The notes under the pieces were generated by a model. That model was not told the DNA's origin. It did no database searches and saw only the letters and a list, made by a program, of their open reading frames with translations. 64,000 bases of DNA, from assembly GCA_965208835.1 (NCBI GenBank), contig OZ242358.1:1088001-1152000 (forward strand), in the 5' to 3' direction. The position numbers and the translations under genes are program-made. This DNA comes from Candidatus Latescibacterota bacterium (lineage in GTDB: Bacteria; Latescibacterota; UBA2968; GCA-2709665). The stretch's first letter is position 1. Each line of letters opens with the position of its first letter. Shown in pieces: positions 37,916 to 48,500 of the stretch.

Positions 37916-39439
37916 TCATGTTGTCCGCTCCAACGCTTCAGCCAAAGCCGCCTTTAGCTGTTCACGTATGTCTGCCGCCGCCGCCCGTTCCTTTTCGTAC
38001 AATGCCAGTAACTCATCCGGGTCGCCATGACCGGCATCCGGCGTGTTGGGATTGGCGATGTCCAGGTTGAAGTTACGATCGAGAATGTCGTTTATGCCGA
38101 CTTTCCACGCGAACTCATTCTCAATCCGATTGCCCCACCACGCCTTCTCTGGCACAAATTCCTCGATTCTCATTGGCTTGGTCTTCGAGTAGGACTTGTA
38201 GCCTTCGGGGTAGGGATGCTCGTAGTACCAGACCTCGGTCGTAGGTCGACCCTTTTGGAAAAACAGCACATTGGTCTTGATCGACGTGTACGGCGCAAAA
38301 ACGCCATTGGGCAAGCGGACGATCGTATGAAGTTCGCATTCCGTGAGGAGGCGTTCCTTCAGACGGGTTTTCACCCCCTCACCAAACAGTGTGCCGTCAG
38401 GAAGAACCACAGCCGCTCGGCCACCGGGTTTGAGCATTTCGATTATAAGCAACAAGAAGAGATCTGCGGTTTCGCGGGTCCGGAATTGACGCGGGAAGTT
38501 CTGTTCAATGCCATCCTCCTCCATGCCTCCGAACGGCGGATTTGTGAGTACAACGGCCACCCGATCCCGCATGCTGATGTCGTGCAGCGGACGGGCAAGA
38601 GTGTTGTCATGGCGTATTCCCGTCGGGACATCAATGCCGTGCACGATCATATTGGTCGTACACAGCAAGTACGGGAGTGGCTTTTTCTCGACGCCGTGAA
38701 TGCTGGCCTGCAGTCGTTCTTCTTGTTCTGGCGTCTTAACGTCGTGTTGGCGTACATGCTTAATTGCACATGCCAAAAAACCACCCGTTCCACAGGCGGG
38801 GTCGAGAATGGATTCTCCTAGGCGAGGGTCCAACATGTCCACCGCAAATTGGGTTACCGCACGCGGAGTGTAGTATTCGCCGGCGTTGCCGGCACTCTGC
38901 AGATCTTTGAGGAGTTGCTCGTAGATGTTCCCAAACAGGTGACGATTCGAGGCGTCGTTGAAGTTGATAGTTTCTTCAATCCTATTGATTACCTGCCTCA
39001 GTAGGGTGCCGGACTTCATGTATTGATAAGCGTCCTCGAAGACATTTCGGACGAGACGCCGGCGTCGCAGACGCTTCTCATCTTGCGGGTTATCCAGGTC
39101 TATTTCCATACCTTTGAGAGCGGGAAAGAGGGTGTTGTTTACGAATGCAAGCAACTTCTCGCCGGTTTCGCCCTCCGGATCACTAGCCCAGGCGCTCCAG
39201 CGCAGATCATCGGCACGACGTATTTCGCCTTCTTCTCTCCAGGTTACGTCGACCAGGGGTGAGAAAAAGCCCTCTTCCACCACCTCCAGTTCCTGTTCCT
39301 TGTCGTTCCAAATCTTCAGGAACAATAGCCAGACGAGTTGCCCTATGCGCTGAGCATCGCCATCCACGCCGACGTCCTTGCGCATCGTGTCCTGGATGGA
39401 TTTAATCGTTGTCGATAGAGACACGGCTGCGAACCTCAC
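37916..39439 (-). CDS. hsdM: Type I R-M N6-adenine methyltransferase
   Basis: GEYYTPR, DPACGTGGFL, TNPPFGG. Confidence 0.95.
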   Translation of the reverse strand: MRFAAVSLSTTIKSIQDTMRKDVGVDGDAQRIGQLVWLLFLKIWNDKEQELEVVEEGFFSPLVDVTWREEGEIRRADDLRWSAWASDPEGETGEKLLAFVNNTLFPALKGMEIDLDNPQDEKRLRRRRLVRNVFEDAYQYMKSGTLLRQVINRIEETINFNDASNRHLFGNIYEQLLKDLQSAGNAGEYYTPRAVTQFAVDMLDPRLGESILDPACGTGGFLACAIKHVRQHDVKTPEQEERLQASIHGVEKKPLPYLLCTTNMIVHGIDVPTGIRHDNTLARPLHDISMRDRVAVVLTNPPFGGMEEDGIEQNFPRQFRTRETADLFLLLIIEMLKPGGRAAVVLPDGTLFGEGVKTRLKERLLTECELHTIVRLPNGVFAPYTSIKTNVLFFQKGRPTTEVWYYEHPYPEGYKSYSKTKPMRIEEFVPEKAWWGNRIENEFAWKVGINDILDRNFNLDIANPNTPDAGHGDPDELLALYEKERAAAADIREQLKAALAEALERTT

Positions 39440-39481
39440 TTTTTCGATTTCAATTTGTAGATGACCTGACCTGCTCCTGTC

Positions 39482-41812
39482 CTATGCGGCGGTATTGTAG
39501 AGGGCCTTTTCCAGAAGCGTCACAGCCTTTACATATTCGTCTTTCCCGCCAAAGCGATTGATCAATTCAATCGGCGTGCCAAGTTCTGATAGTGGCTTCA
39601 CTCTAAGGACGCCAAGGTCTTCGACCGGGGTCAGACCCTCATCCGCGTACTTATCCAGCAAGGCGTCTAGTACGGCCCGCGCTTGGGAACCGTAAACAGT
39701 GAATACGTCACTCTTCCTCACTTTCTCGGCCCGCTCGCGACGGGTGAGAGGGGGCCGGCCATAGACGACGTAGCAGATGAGATCGAATACATCGAGTTCC
39801 CTGCTGACTTGCGCTCGCAACTCCTCTAACAGCAGCCCCTGCTCGCGCAGTTCGCTGATAACCGCGGCCTTGCGGTCGGCCTCCGACCAGCGCCTCAGGA
39901 AGTCGTCCAGGGTCGCGTACTCTGCCTGGACCGTACGCTTTGTGTAGTCGGTCAGAGATTCTGTGATCAGTCTTCCACTTCGATCGAGGTATTGAACGCG
40001 TTCTGCGATGACTTTTACTTCTACACCACTGACAACGTATTTCGTCGCTCCGGCCGTTGAAGGATCCTCTTCCTCCGTTGACTCAACGCCGTCCTCTCCG
40101 GAATCTGTCGCAGAGGAATGGCCGCTGGCAGGGTCGTATATAACGATCGGCTCTCCGTCAAAATCAGGGTCGGCGAACAATTCAGTGGCTTTCTTGAAGT
40201 CCATTATGCTGAACCAGAGCTTGCCTCCGTCCTCATGGATGCGGGTGCCGCGTCCGACGGTCTGCTTGAATTCGATCATCGACTCGATACGCTGATCGAG
40301 CACGATCAACTTGCAGGTCTTAACGTCCAGGCCCGTTGTCAAGAGCTTTGAGGTCGTGGCAATAACCGGATAGCGTCGCTCGGGATGAATAAAGTCGTCG
40401 AGTGCAAGTTTGCCCTCGTCACTGTCGCCCGTAATGCGAACAACGAACTTCGACGTGTTTTCAGATTCCTCTGGAATCCGTCTGCCCACTTCATTGACCA
40501 ACGCCGACCGCATCCTTTCGGCATGGTCGATATTCTCACAAAATACAATGGTCTTGCCGTATGGGTCGGTTTTCGCCAGGTGCTCTGCGACTTTTCCGGC
40601 AACACGCTTGGTGCGTTCGTTCAAGACAAGAATCCTGTCCATGTCGCGCTGGTTGTAGATCCTATCTTCAATCTCCTGCCCGAGGTCGTCAGTCATGCCC
40701 GCTGCGGGCCGCCATCCCAGCAGGTCCTTGTCCAGGTCTACCCGGACGACTTTGAATGGTGCGAGGTAACCGTCGTCAATACCTTGCTTGAGGCTGTAGG
40801 TATAGACCGCGTCTCCGAAATATGTCAGCGTACTGACGTCGGTGGTTTCCTTGGGTGTTGCGGTGAGGCCTAGCTGGATTGCCGGCTCGAAATAGTCGAG
40901 GATTTCCCTCCATGCGCTGGCTTCGCGTGCGCTGCCACGATGACACTCGTCGATGACAACGAGGTCGAAGAATTCCCGGCTGAACTGACGGTAGACGTTT
41001 TTTTCTTCTTCGTTTCCACTTACCGCCTGGTACAGCGCCACATAGACCTCGTAGCTTGGGTCCATATTGCGGTGCCGCACCTTTGTCATCACCGGACCGA
41101 ACGGTTTGAAGTCGTTGGTTATGGCGTGGTCAGCGAGAAAATTGCGATCCACAAGGAACAGCGCCCGCTTTACCTTGCCCGCATTCCACAATCTCCACAT
41201 GATCTGAAAGACATTATACGTCTTGCCAGAGCCGGTGGCCATAACCAGCAACACGCGGCGCTGTCCCTTAATGATGGCTTCCATGGCGCGTTGTATGGCG
41301 ACGCGTTGGTAGTATCTGGGACTCTTTCCGTCTGTATCGACATAATAGGGCTGAAGCGCCAGTTTGCCTGAGTCAGCATCCAGATTTCGCCAGGCCCTAT
41401 ATCGTTGCCACAATTCCTCCGGGGTGGGAAATTCGTCGAGTCCGATCTTCCTTTCTACCGGGTTCGAGTTTCCTGTGCGGTCATGAAACAGAAATCCGTC
41501 GCCGTTTGACGAGAACGCGAACGGCACGTCAAGGGCCTCCGCATAGCCCAGGGCCTGCTGCATTCCCGCTCCCACAGCGTGGTTGTTGTCCTTCGCTTCG
41601 ACCACAGCTAGCGGGAAGTTATTGTCGTATTGCAGCAGATAGTCGGCGCGCTTTTTCTTACCACGTACTCCTACATTGCCCCTTACGTTTACCCGGCCGG
41701 CGGTAAAGCCGTATTCCCGCCGGATCTGACGCGTGTTCCACTTTGCCTTCGAAATAGCAGGTGTGATGAAGGCGTCACAGATTTCGGCTTCGTTCATGTT
41801 TTTCTTGTTCAT
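39482..41812 (-). CDS. hsdR: Type I restriction subunit (EcoEI/EcoAI-like)
   Basis: Start MNKKNMNE; ADYLL..VVEAK, MATGSGKT, DECHRG, GLTATP, QTVGRGTR. Confidence 0.95.
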   Translation of the reverse strand: MNKKNMNEAEICDAFITPAISKAKWNTRQIRREYGFTAGRVNVRGNVGVRGKKKRADYLLQYDNNFPLAVVEAKDNNHAVGAGMQQALGYAEALDVPFAFSSNGDGFLFHDRTGNSNPVERKIGLDEFPTPEELWQRYRAWRNLDADSGKLALQPYYVDTDGKSPRYYQRVAIQRAMEAIIKGQRRVLLVMATGSGKTYNVFQIMWRLWNAGKVKRALFLVDRNFLADHAITNDFKPFGPVMTKVRHRNMDPSYEVYVALYQAVSGNEEEKNVYRQFSREFFDLVVIDECHRGSAREASAWREILDYFEPAIQLGLTATPKETTDVSTLTYFGDAVYTYSLKQGIDDGYLAPFKVVRVDLDKDLLGWRPAAGMTDDLGQEIEDRIYNQRDMDRILVLNERTKRVAGKVAEHLAKTDPYGKTIVFCENIDHAERMRSALVNEVGRRIPEESENTSKFVVRITGDSDEGKLALDDFIHPERRYPVIATTSKLLTTGLDVKTCKLIVLDQRIESMIEFKQTVGRGTRIHEDGGKLWFSIMDFKKATELFADPDFDGEPIVIYDPASGHSSATDSGEDGVESTEEEDPSTAGATKYVVSGVEVKVIAERVQYLDRSGRLITESLTDYTKRTVQAEYATLDDFLRRWSEADRKAAVISELREQGLLLEELRAQVSRELDVFDLICYVVYGRPPLTRRERAEKVRKSDVFTVYGSQARAVLDALLDKYADEGLTPVEDLGVLRVKPLSELGTPIELINRFGGKDEYVKAVTLLEKALYNTAA

Positions 41813-41862
41813 ACAGTGTCTTCTCTTGGCGGCGTTAAAACCGTCTAAAAATACAAAAAAAG

Positions 41863-42007
41863 CGTTGCATAACCACGATGTCATCCGGCTCGAAGCGGTC
41901 GACGAATGCGCTGGACTGTGTGCTGACCAGCACCTGGGCATGTCGGCTTACGGAACGAAACAGGGAGGCGATCACGTCCGCCGCGCACGGGTACAGTCCG
42001 ATTTCCG
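41863..42007 (-). pseudogene. Fragment of an AAA ATPase paralogous to 43513-44613
   Basis: ~140 bp aligning by eye to 43631-43776 (..VIASLFRSVS.HAQVLVSTQSSAFVD..). Confidence 0.75.
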
Positions 42008-42071
42008 TTTTACGCTTGGTCTGTACGAAAATATCAAACTTGGCCGCGCGGCCTGTCTTTACCCGTTGGAT

Positions 42072-42377
42072 TTATTCAACTCGCTCCAGAACCCGCACCT
42101 CAGCCTGCAATCGTTCGCCCAGTCGGTCTCGTTCCAACTCCAGTTCGTAACGGGATTGAAGATTGAGCCAGAATTGACCGGTGGTCCCGAAAAAACGCGC
42201 CAGGCGCAGCGCGGTGTCCGGAGTTACGGCGCGTTTTCCATGCACGATCTCGTTAATTCGGCGAGGCGGAACAGAAATGTCTTTCGCAAGTCGATATTGA
42301 CTGATTCCCAGAGGGTTCAGGAATTCTTCGAGCAGGATTTCTCCCGGATGAATCGGTGGCATTGTGGCGGCAGGCAT
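42072..42377 (-). CDS. higA: HigA antitoxin
   Basis: PIHPGEILLEEFL, RINEIVHGKR, FWLNLQ. Confidence 0.93.
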   Translation of the reverse strand: MPAATMPPIHPGEILLEEFLNPLGISQYRLAKDISVPPRRINEIVHGKRAVTPDTALRLARFFGTTGQFWLNLQSRYELELERDRLGERLQAEVRVLERVE

Positions 42378-42386
42378 AAATACCTC

Positions 42387-42668
42387 CTAATGGTAATCGA
42401 CGATCTCGACATGAGCTGCGCGACCCGCCTTCCAATCGAAGCAAATGCGCCATTGCTCATTTATTCGGATACTGTATTGTCCCATGCGATCTCCGGAGAG
42501 TCTCTCCAGCATGTTGCCCGGAGGCGAACGCAAGTCTTGCAATGAAGCGGCTGCGTCCAACAGAATGAGCTTCTTCAGGGCGGAGCGCGCTAACACTGCT
42601 GAGAATCTCCGCGTCCGCTCGCGACGGAAGACCCGCTCAGTATCCTTGTCACGGAAAGATTCTATCAT
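42387..42668 (-). CDS. higB: HigB toxin
   Basis: MIESFRDK, DLRSPPGN.LE.L.G.R.GQYSIRINEQWRICF. Confidence 0.93.
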   Translation of the reverse strand: MIESFRDKDTERVFRRERTRRFSAVLARSALKKLILLDAAASLQDLRSPPGNMLERLSGDRMGQYSIRINEQWRICFDWKAGRAAHVEIVDYH

Positions 42669-42687
42669 TCTGTCGAACTATGGATAA

Positions 42688-42702
42688 TAACGCATTGCGT
42701 TA
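42688..42702. promoter_or_regulatory. higBA operator palindrome
   Basis: TAACGCATTGCGTTA next to the -35 box; identical at 45445-45459. Confidence 0.7.
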
Positions 42703-43029
42703 ATAATGTCAAGTCCGACCGCATGCCGGATGGGATGAAACTCGTGCGATTTGCCACGAATGGGTATTGAAGCAACCAGGAGGGAATCGACTTACTCGTT
42801 TTTCAATGCGGGGTATGCCTGCCTACTCGAAGATCAACGAGCTCAAACACCTACCGCCTGCCGAACCGGACTTCGCGGGGTCGGGTTGGTCGTGAGACGC
42901 ATCTTTAAAGACTCCCTGTGCCTACGATACTTGAACTTTGCCCGTGATTCGCAAATGTTTCCGATATGGCCGGCAGGAAAACTGTCAATCGCCGGCGAAA
43001 GGTTCACCTTCCGACGCAGGTTGCCGACA

Positions 43030-43454
43030 TGCAAATGGAATCCTGCCAAATGTTGAGCGAACGAATCGCGAGCCTGCTCGAACCTCGCCCGGAGGTTCTT
43101 GAGGCTTACCTGTACGGTTCTCACGCGCAGAGCCGGGCACAGCCCCACAGCGACATTGACGTCGCCGTTTACATCGATGAATCTGTCGCTGAAGAGGGCG
43201 CGTTCGGGTATCGGGCGCAGCTTATCACGGAGCTCATGGCCGGCCTCCATAGCAACGACATCAATCTCCTGATTCTCAACCAGGCCCCACCGGCTCTGTA
43301 CTACCAGGTGCTGCGCGACGGCATACGTGTCCTGTCCCGTGATGTGGCTGAGACAGCGACGCGGGAAGGGTACGCGGTTTCCCGATACTGCGACTTCGCT
43401 GCCCATCTTGCGAAAATGGATGAGGCGTGTCGTTTGGGCGCCTTGCGAGAATAG
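43030..43454 (+). CDS. MNT nucleotidyltransferase (type VII TA MntA-like)
   Basis: YLYGSHA...SDIDVAV; start uncertain. Confidence 0.8.
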
Positions 43455-43512
43455 TCGAGCGCAATTCCCTTCCTGAGATACTCTGTTCGATCCTCCTGCA
43501 GAATTCGAACCC

Positions 43513-44613
43513 TCAATCCGTCCCTTCGTCGACGCTGTCCTTTTCCCAGATTTCTCCGAGGGCGTATTCCTCAACCCATGAGTCGAGTTCTTCGGCCTGG
43601 GGTCTCTCAAACTCCGTCGCTTCCTGATTTCGTTGCACAACCACGATATCGTCCGCCTCGAAGGTGTCGACGAATGCGCTGGACTGCGTGCTGACGAGTA
43701 CCTGGGCATGCTCGCTTACGGAACGAAACAGGGTGGCAATCACGTCGACCGCGCAGGGGTCCAGTCCAAGCTCCGGTTCGTCCACCACAATCAGGGTCGG
43801 CAGTTTCTCCGCAGGTTGCAACAAAAGCGAAATCAGACAGATGGCGCGCAGGGTGCCGTCCGAAAGCTGGTGAGGGCCGAAGACGAGATCCGACTCGCGA
43901 TGCCGCCAGTTGAGGATGATGTCTCTTGTATCGGCGGGCTCCAGATCGAAGTCATCGAAGAACGGCGCCACCTGACGGATGGTGGTGACAATGCGCCGGT
44001 AATCGGTTTCACTGGTGGACTTCAGCGCGTAGAGCATCGCAGCCAGGTTGCCCGCGTCGGGCTTGAGCCAGCGGTTATCCCCCATGTAACCGTATTGTCG
44101 GACTCTTGACGTCGGCGATGTATCGTGAAAGTGATAGACGCGGCAACGATTCAACAATGCCCGGAGCGTTCTCGCCGTGGGCTCCCCTCGTTCCGCCAAA
44201 TCCCCAATCTTCGTTTCCAGATGCCCGACGCCCAGCTCTACTGTCTTGGGGCTGGGATAGCCTTCCTGATGGAACGCAACCGTTTCTTCCGCGAAAATGA
44301 GAGAGTCGCCCGCGGCGTGGAATAGTCTCATATGGTAGGTGTCCATTCCGTTCTCCACCTCGAACACCATTCTCGCTTCCAGCTGTGGGGTCACTCTCGG
44401 GCCGAAGTGCAGATTTCCGGTGGCCCGACCCGTGGCGCCGATGTGCTGCTGGAGGCGTACGGCCATCAGCTCATTCACCAGCTTGAAAAAGGCGATGAGA
44501 TTGCTCTTGCCGGCTCCGTTGGCGCCGATGAGGACGTTGAGCGGTCTGAGTTCCAACCCCATCTCTTTAATGGACCGGAACCCCTTGATCTCCACATTTT
44601 TCAGCGTTGTCAT
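43513..44613 (-). CDS. AAA_21/ABC-type ATPase
   Basis: GANGAGKSN, LSDGTLR, VDEPELGL, STQS. Confidence 0.88.
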   Translation of the reverse strand: MTTLKNVEIKGFRSIKEMGLELRPLNVLIGANGAGKSNLIAFFKLVNELMAVRLQQHIGATGRATGNLHFGPRVTPQLEARMVFEVENGMDTYHMRLFHAAGDSLIFAEETVAFHQEGYPSPKTVELGVGHLETKIGDLAERGEPTARTLRALLNRCRVYHFHDTSPTSRVRQYGYMGDNRWLKPDAGNLAAMLYALKSTSETDYRRIVTTIRQVAPFFDDFDLEPADTRDIILNWRHRESDLVFGPHQLSDGTLRAICLISLLLQPAEKLPTLIVVDEPELGLDPCAVDVIATLFRSVSEHAQVLVSTQSSAFVDTFEADDIVVVQRNQEATEFERPQAEELDSWVEEYALGEIWEKDSVDEGTD

Positions 44614-44828
44614 CGCAATTCCCTCATTTACCAGGCTGTCGAAGACATCTGGCAGAATGCAATTCTCGTGAATCCTTTATCGCTCTGAAGTCGTACTTAC
44701 CCTGAACACCGCATTGGGAGTTAGGTTTACACAGTGTGGTTCCGGCAGAGTTAAACACCAGGTAGCTTTGGAGGTGACGCGGAAATCGACCCTACGATCG
44801 CCCATAGACTATGTACACACTATTAGGT

Positions 44829-45134
44829 CTAATCCGCTCGCTCGAGGACCCGCACTTCGGCCTGCAATCGTTCTCCGAGGCGGTCTCTTTCCAACTCCAG
44901 TTCGAAGCGAGATTGAAGATTGAGCCAGAATTGACCTGTGGTCCCGAAAAAACGCGCCAGGCGCAGCGCGGTGTCCGGCGTAACGGCGCGTTTCCCATGC
45001 ACAATCTCATTAATTCGACGAGGCGGCACAGAGATGTCTTTCGCAAGTCGATATTGGCTTATTCCCAGAGGATTCAGGAATTCCTCAAGCAGAACTTCAC
45101 CGGGATGAATCGGTGGCATCGTGGCGGCAGGCAT
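44829..45134 (-). CDS. higA: HigA antitoxin (second copy)
   Basis: Nearly identical protein to 42072-42377. Confidence 0.93.
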   Translation of the reverse strand: MPAATMPPIHPGEVLLEEFLNPLGISQYRLAKDISVPPRRINEIVHGKRAVTPDTALRLARFFGTTGQFWLNLQSRFELELERDRLGERLQAEVRVLERAD

Positions 45135-45143
45135 GAACACCTC

Positions 45144-45425
45144 CTAATGATAGTCGACTATTTCGACGTTGGCAGGGCGCCCCGCCTTCCAATCGAAACA
45201 AATGCGCCATTGCTCATTAATGCGGATACTGTATTGACCCATTCGATTTCCGACAAGCCTCTCCAGCATGTTGCCTGGCGGCGACCGCAAGTCTTGTATT
45301 GAAGCGGCTGCGTCCAACAGAATGAGCTTCCTCAGCGCGGAGCGCGCTAACGCTCCGGAGAATCTCCGCGTCCGCTCGCGACGGAAAACTCGCTCAGTAT
45401 CCCTGTCACGGAATGATTCTATCAT
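45144..45425 (-). CDS. higB: HigB toxin (second copy)
   Basis: Close paralog of 42387-42668. Confidence 0.93.
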   Translation of the reverse strand: MIESFRDRDTERVFRRERTRRFSGALARSALRKLILLDAAASIQDLRSPPGNMLERLVGNRMGQYSIRINEQWRICFDWKAGRPANVEIVDYH

Positions 45426-45599
45426 TCTATCGAACTATCGATAATAACGCATTGCGTTAATAAAGTCAAGCCCTACTGCATGGCAAATTGGACGAGACCC
45501 GTGCAACTTGCCAGTAATGGGTATTGAAGAAACCTGGAGGGAATCGACCTACCTGAATTTCAAACCGGGTATGCCGACCTTCTCAACGATCAACCGCTC

Positions 45600-48500
45600 T
45601 TAAAACACGTACCGCATACCGATCTGGACTTCGCGGGGGTCGCCGAGGCCGGACTGGACGGTGCCGTCGAAGTTGAACAGCAAGCCCGCGCTGGAGGGGT
45701 CGCGGTAGTTGTCCGTGTTGAGCAGGTTGAAGATCTCCACGATGGCTTCCAGAGTGCCGTTGCCCACGGGAATGGGACGCGTGAGGCGTACGTCCCAGGA
45801 GAAGAATCCGTGGTCCTTGCGCAGGGTGTTGCGCTGGACGATGCTGCCGTCCGCGCAGATGCGATCGGACGCGGGCCCCCACGGATTTGTCGAATGCTTT
45901 GTAGAAGCCCGGTTATTGCCGCCGCAGGCAGCTGAGACCGGCTGTGGTGAATAGAGGCTCACGCGATTGTTCATATAGATGTCGCCGGGCAGAACGGCGA
46001 GCGCCCAGGCATTGAAGCGGTGTCGCTGGTCGCGGTCGGACCAGCCCCACTCCCGATCCAGCCGGGTCGGATCGACGTAGCGGAACGTGAAGGGGTCGCG
46101 TTCGTTGTCGTCGTCGGACCTGTCCCAGGACATCGTATAGTTCGCCTGGAACTGCAGGTCGTCGTTTACCATCTGCCGCAGCCCCAGACTCAGGCCGCGG
46201 TATCGCGACCGCGCAGTACTTTCGACAACGGTGAGGTTGCCGATGCCATTGCCTCCCTCCGGCCCGAGACCGGTTGACCATGGAGATCCGAATACGGCGT
46301 CGTTGCGGTTGACGAAACGCGTGAGATTGTCGGTACGGGCGTAGGTAAAGTCGATGGATCCCACAAGACCGGCCGCTTGAAACTCGTGCTCGATACCCGC
46401 GTTCAGGCTGATGGTCCGCGGATTTTCGAAGCGCTCATCAAAGACATAAATGGCGGGCTGAAAGGGGTCGCCTTTGGGCGATGGCAGCAACTCTCCGTAT
46501 GTCGGCGGCGGCCCCAGGACCGGCGTCAACTCGCTCGACCGGTAGAGGGATTGCCCTCGCGAGCCATTTGTGGAGCGGGTGCTGGCCAGATTCAGTCCGG
46601 GTATGCGGGCGTAATAGATCCCCGCGCTGGCGCGCAGGAGTGTCCTGTTGTCGCCGTGCGTGTCAAAAGCCAGTCCGATTCTCGGCTGGATCATGTCGAG
46701 GTCGGAGGGAATCCTGCCGTTGGACGGGAACCTTTGTGCTCCCTCGTCGTTGGTCAACGTCTTGCCGATGAAATCGGCGAAGAAGACCCGGGAAGGATCG
46801 GTAATCGGGTCCGGCTGGATCTGCGCCTCCCAGCGCAGTCCATAGTTGACCGTCAGTCTGCCGGAAGCCTGCCAGCTGTCCTGTACGAACAGCGCCAATT
46901 CGTGCTGCGGGATGCTCTGTGTTCCCGCTTCCTCCACGGACAGCCCGCCCACGCCGGCCTGTTCCAGGTAGAACAGCACCGGTCCCGTAATCCTCGCGCC
47001 ATCGGGGCATTGTCCGTCGATACTGAAATTGCCGTTGGAGCACTCGACGTAGCGATTGCCCTTTTCGACGAAGTTGAGAAACCCGTCCACCGAGTTGAAG
47101 ATGTACCGTCCGTTGGCGAAGCCGATGAAGGTCTGCACGGATTCGACGCGGTTCCACTCGACGCCGGCCTTGAACAGGTGGCCGCCCCTGGCAAAGGAGA
47201 TATTGTTGAGCAGCTGGACGCGGGAGTCGTAGTACTCCACCGGGATGAAGAAGGGCATCCCGAAGCGATACCCGTATTCAAAGTCCATGGCGGTATCGGG
47301 GAAGGGGCGCCCCGTATAGGGGTTAATCGGACCCTCGTAGGGACGCGGACGGTCCTCGCGTGAGACCTGGAACCGGAATTCATTGATGGTGCTCGGCGAC
47401 AGAAGCGATACCAGGCTGCCGTTGAAGGCGTGCGACCAGTCTTTCTCAATCGCATTGGCGCTGCGCGCCCAGGAGTCCACGTCGAAGGTGCCGTTTTCCT
47501 GTTCGGACCATGTGTAGTTGTATTTAAAGGTGGCGGAGTGGTCCCTCGACAGGCGAAGGTCTACCTTGGCCAGAAAGGCGCGGGCGTCGTTTGTACGATC
47601 GATCGGACCATAGTCGCCATTCAATGCCCCTTCGAAACCCGTGTCCATAAAGGCTCGCAGCCCGGGGTCCATGCGTGCCGCGTCGCTCTGCCGGGTGTCT
47701 CTCAACACCTGCTGGTCGTACGCCGCGAAGAAGAACGCCTTATCCCGCTTCAGGGGACCGCCGAGCGTGAACCCGAACTGTCCCTGCCTGAAGCTGGGCC
47801 TGCGTTCCGTGCCGTTGTGCCTCGCGATTTCGGAGAGCGCGTCGTGCTTGCCGAAGAAGTGCGCCGATCCGCTGAGCGTGTTCGTGCCCGATTTGGTGAT
47901 GACATTGACGAAGCCGCCGCTGGAGCGACCGAACTCCGCGTTGGCGCCCTGGGGGACGACGACGATTTCCGCGACGGCGTCCAGATTGAAGGTGAAGGCC
48001 GGGCGCTGCCCCCCGCGCTGCTCGCCGAAAAACGGGTTGTTGAAATCCGCGCCGTCCACCGAGATGTTGTTGTGGATGCCGCGCTGCCCGCCGATCGTGA
48101 GTTCGTCTCCATCGGGACCCTGGACGATGCTCACGCCGGGGGTCAGGAGCGTGAGGTTGAGGAAGTTGCGCCCGTTGTTGGGAAGGTCCTGTACGGCTTC
48201 CTCAGGAAGACGGGTGGCTGTCTCGGTCCGCGTAACGTCCACGGCCGGCCTTCTGGCCACGACGACGAACTCCTCCATTTCAATAATCATCTTGATGACC
48301 AGATCAACGGTCTCTCCTACCCGGACCTGCACTCCGGTTTGTCGGGCTTCTGACCATCCCTCCGCGCGTACCGTCACGTCGTAGAACCCGAGAGGCAGCA
48401 GGGTGGCGGTGAACAGGCCCGCTTCGGATGACGCCAGGACACGCCGGTAATTGGTACCGGCTTCCCTTAGGATGACGGTGGCGCCTTCGATGGGACTGTT

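Larger units (their letters stand above)
34640..37919 (-). pseudogene. hsdS: Type I R-M specificity subunit HsdS, split by ISa copy 2 within the second TRD (558 aa when rejoined)
   Basis: IPKTWRW, PPLSEQHRIV and PPLAEQHRII conserved repeats; rejoins as ...EVFGCT|PVSRGTILMSFKL. Confidence 0.9.

Noticed and set aside
41813-41941. N-terminal extension of HsdR in the ORF track
   Set aside because: Overlaps the AAA fragment in another frame; HsdR similarity starts at MNKKNM (41812)
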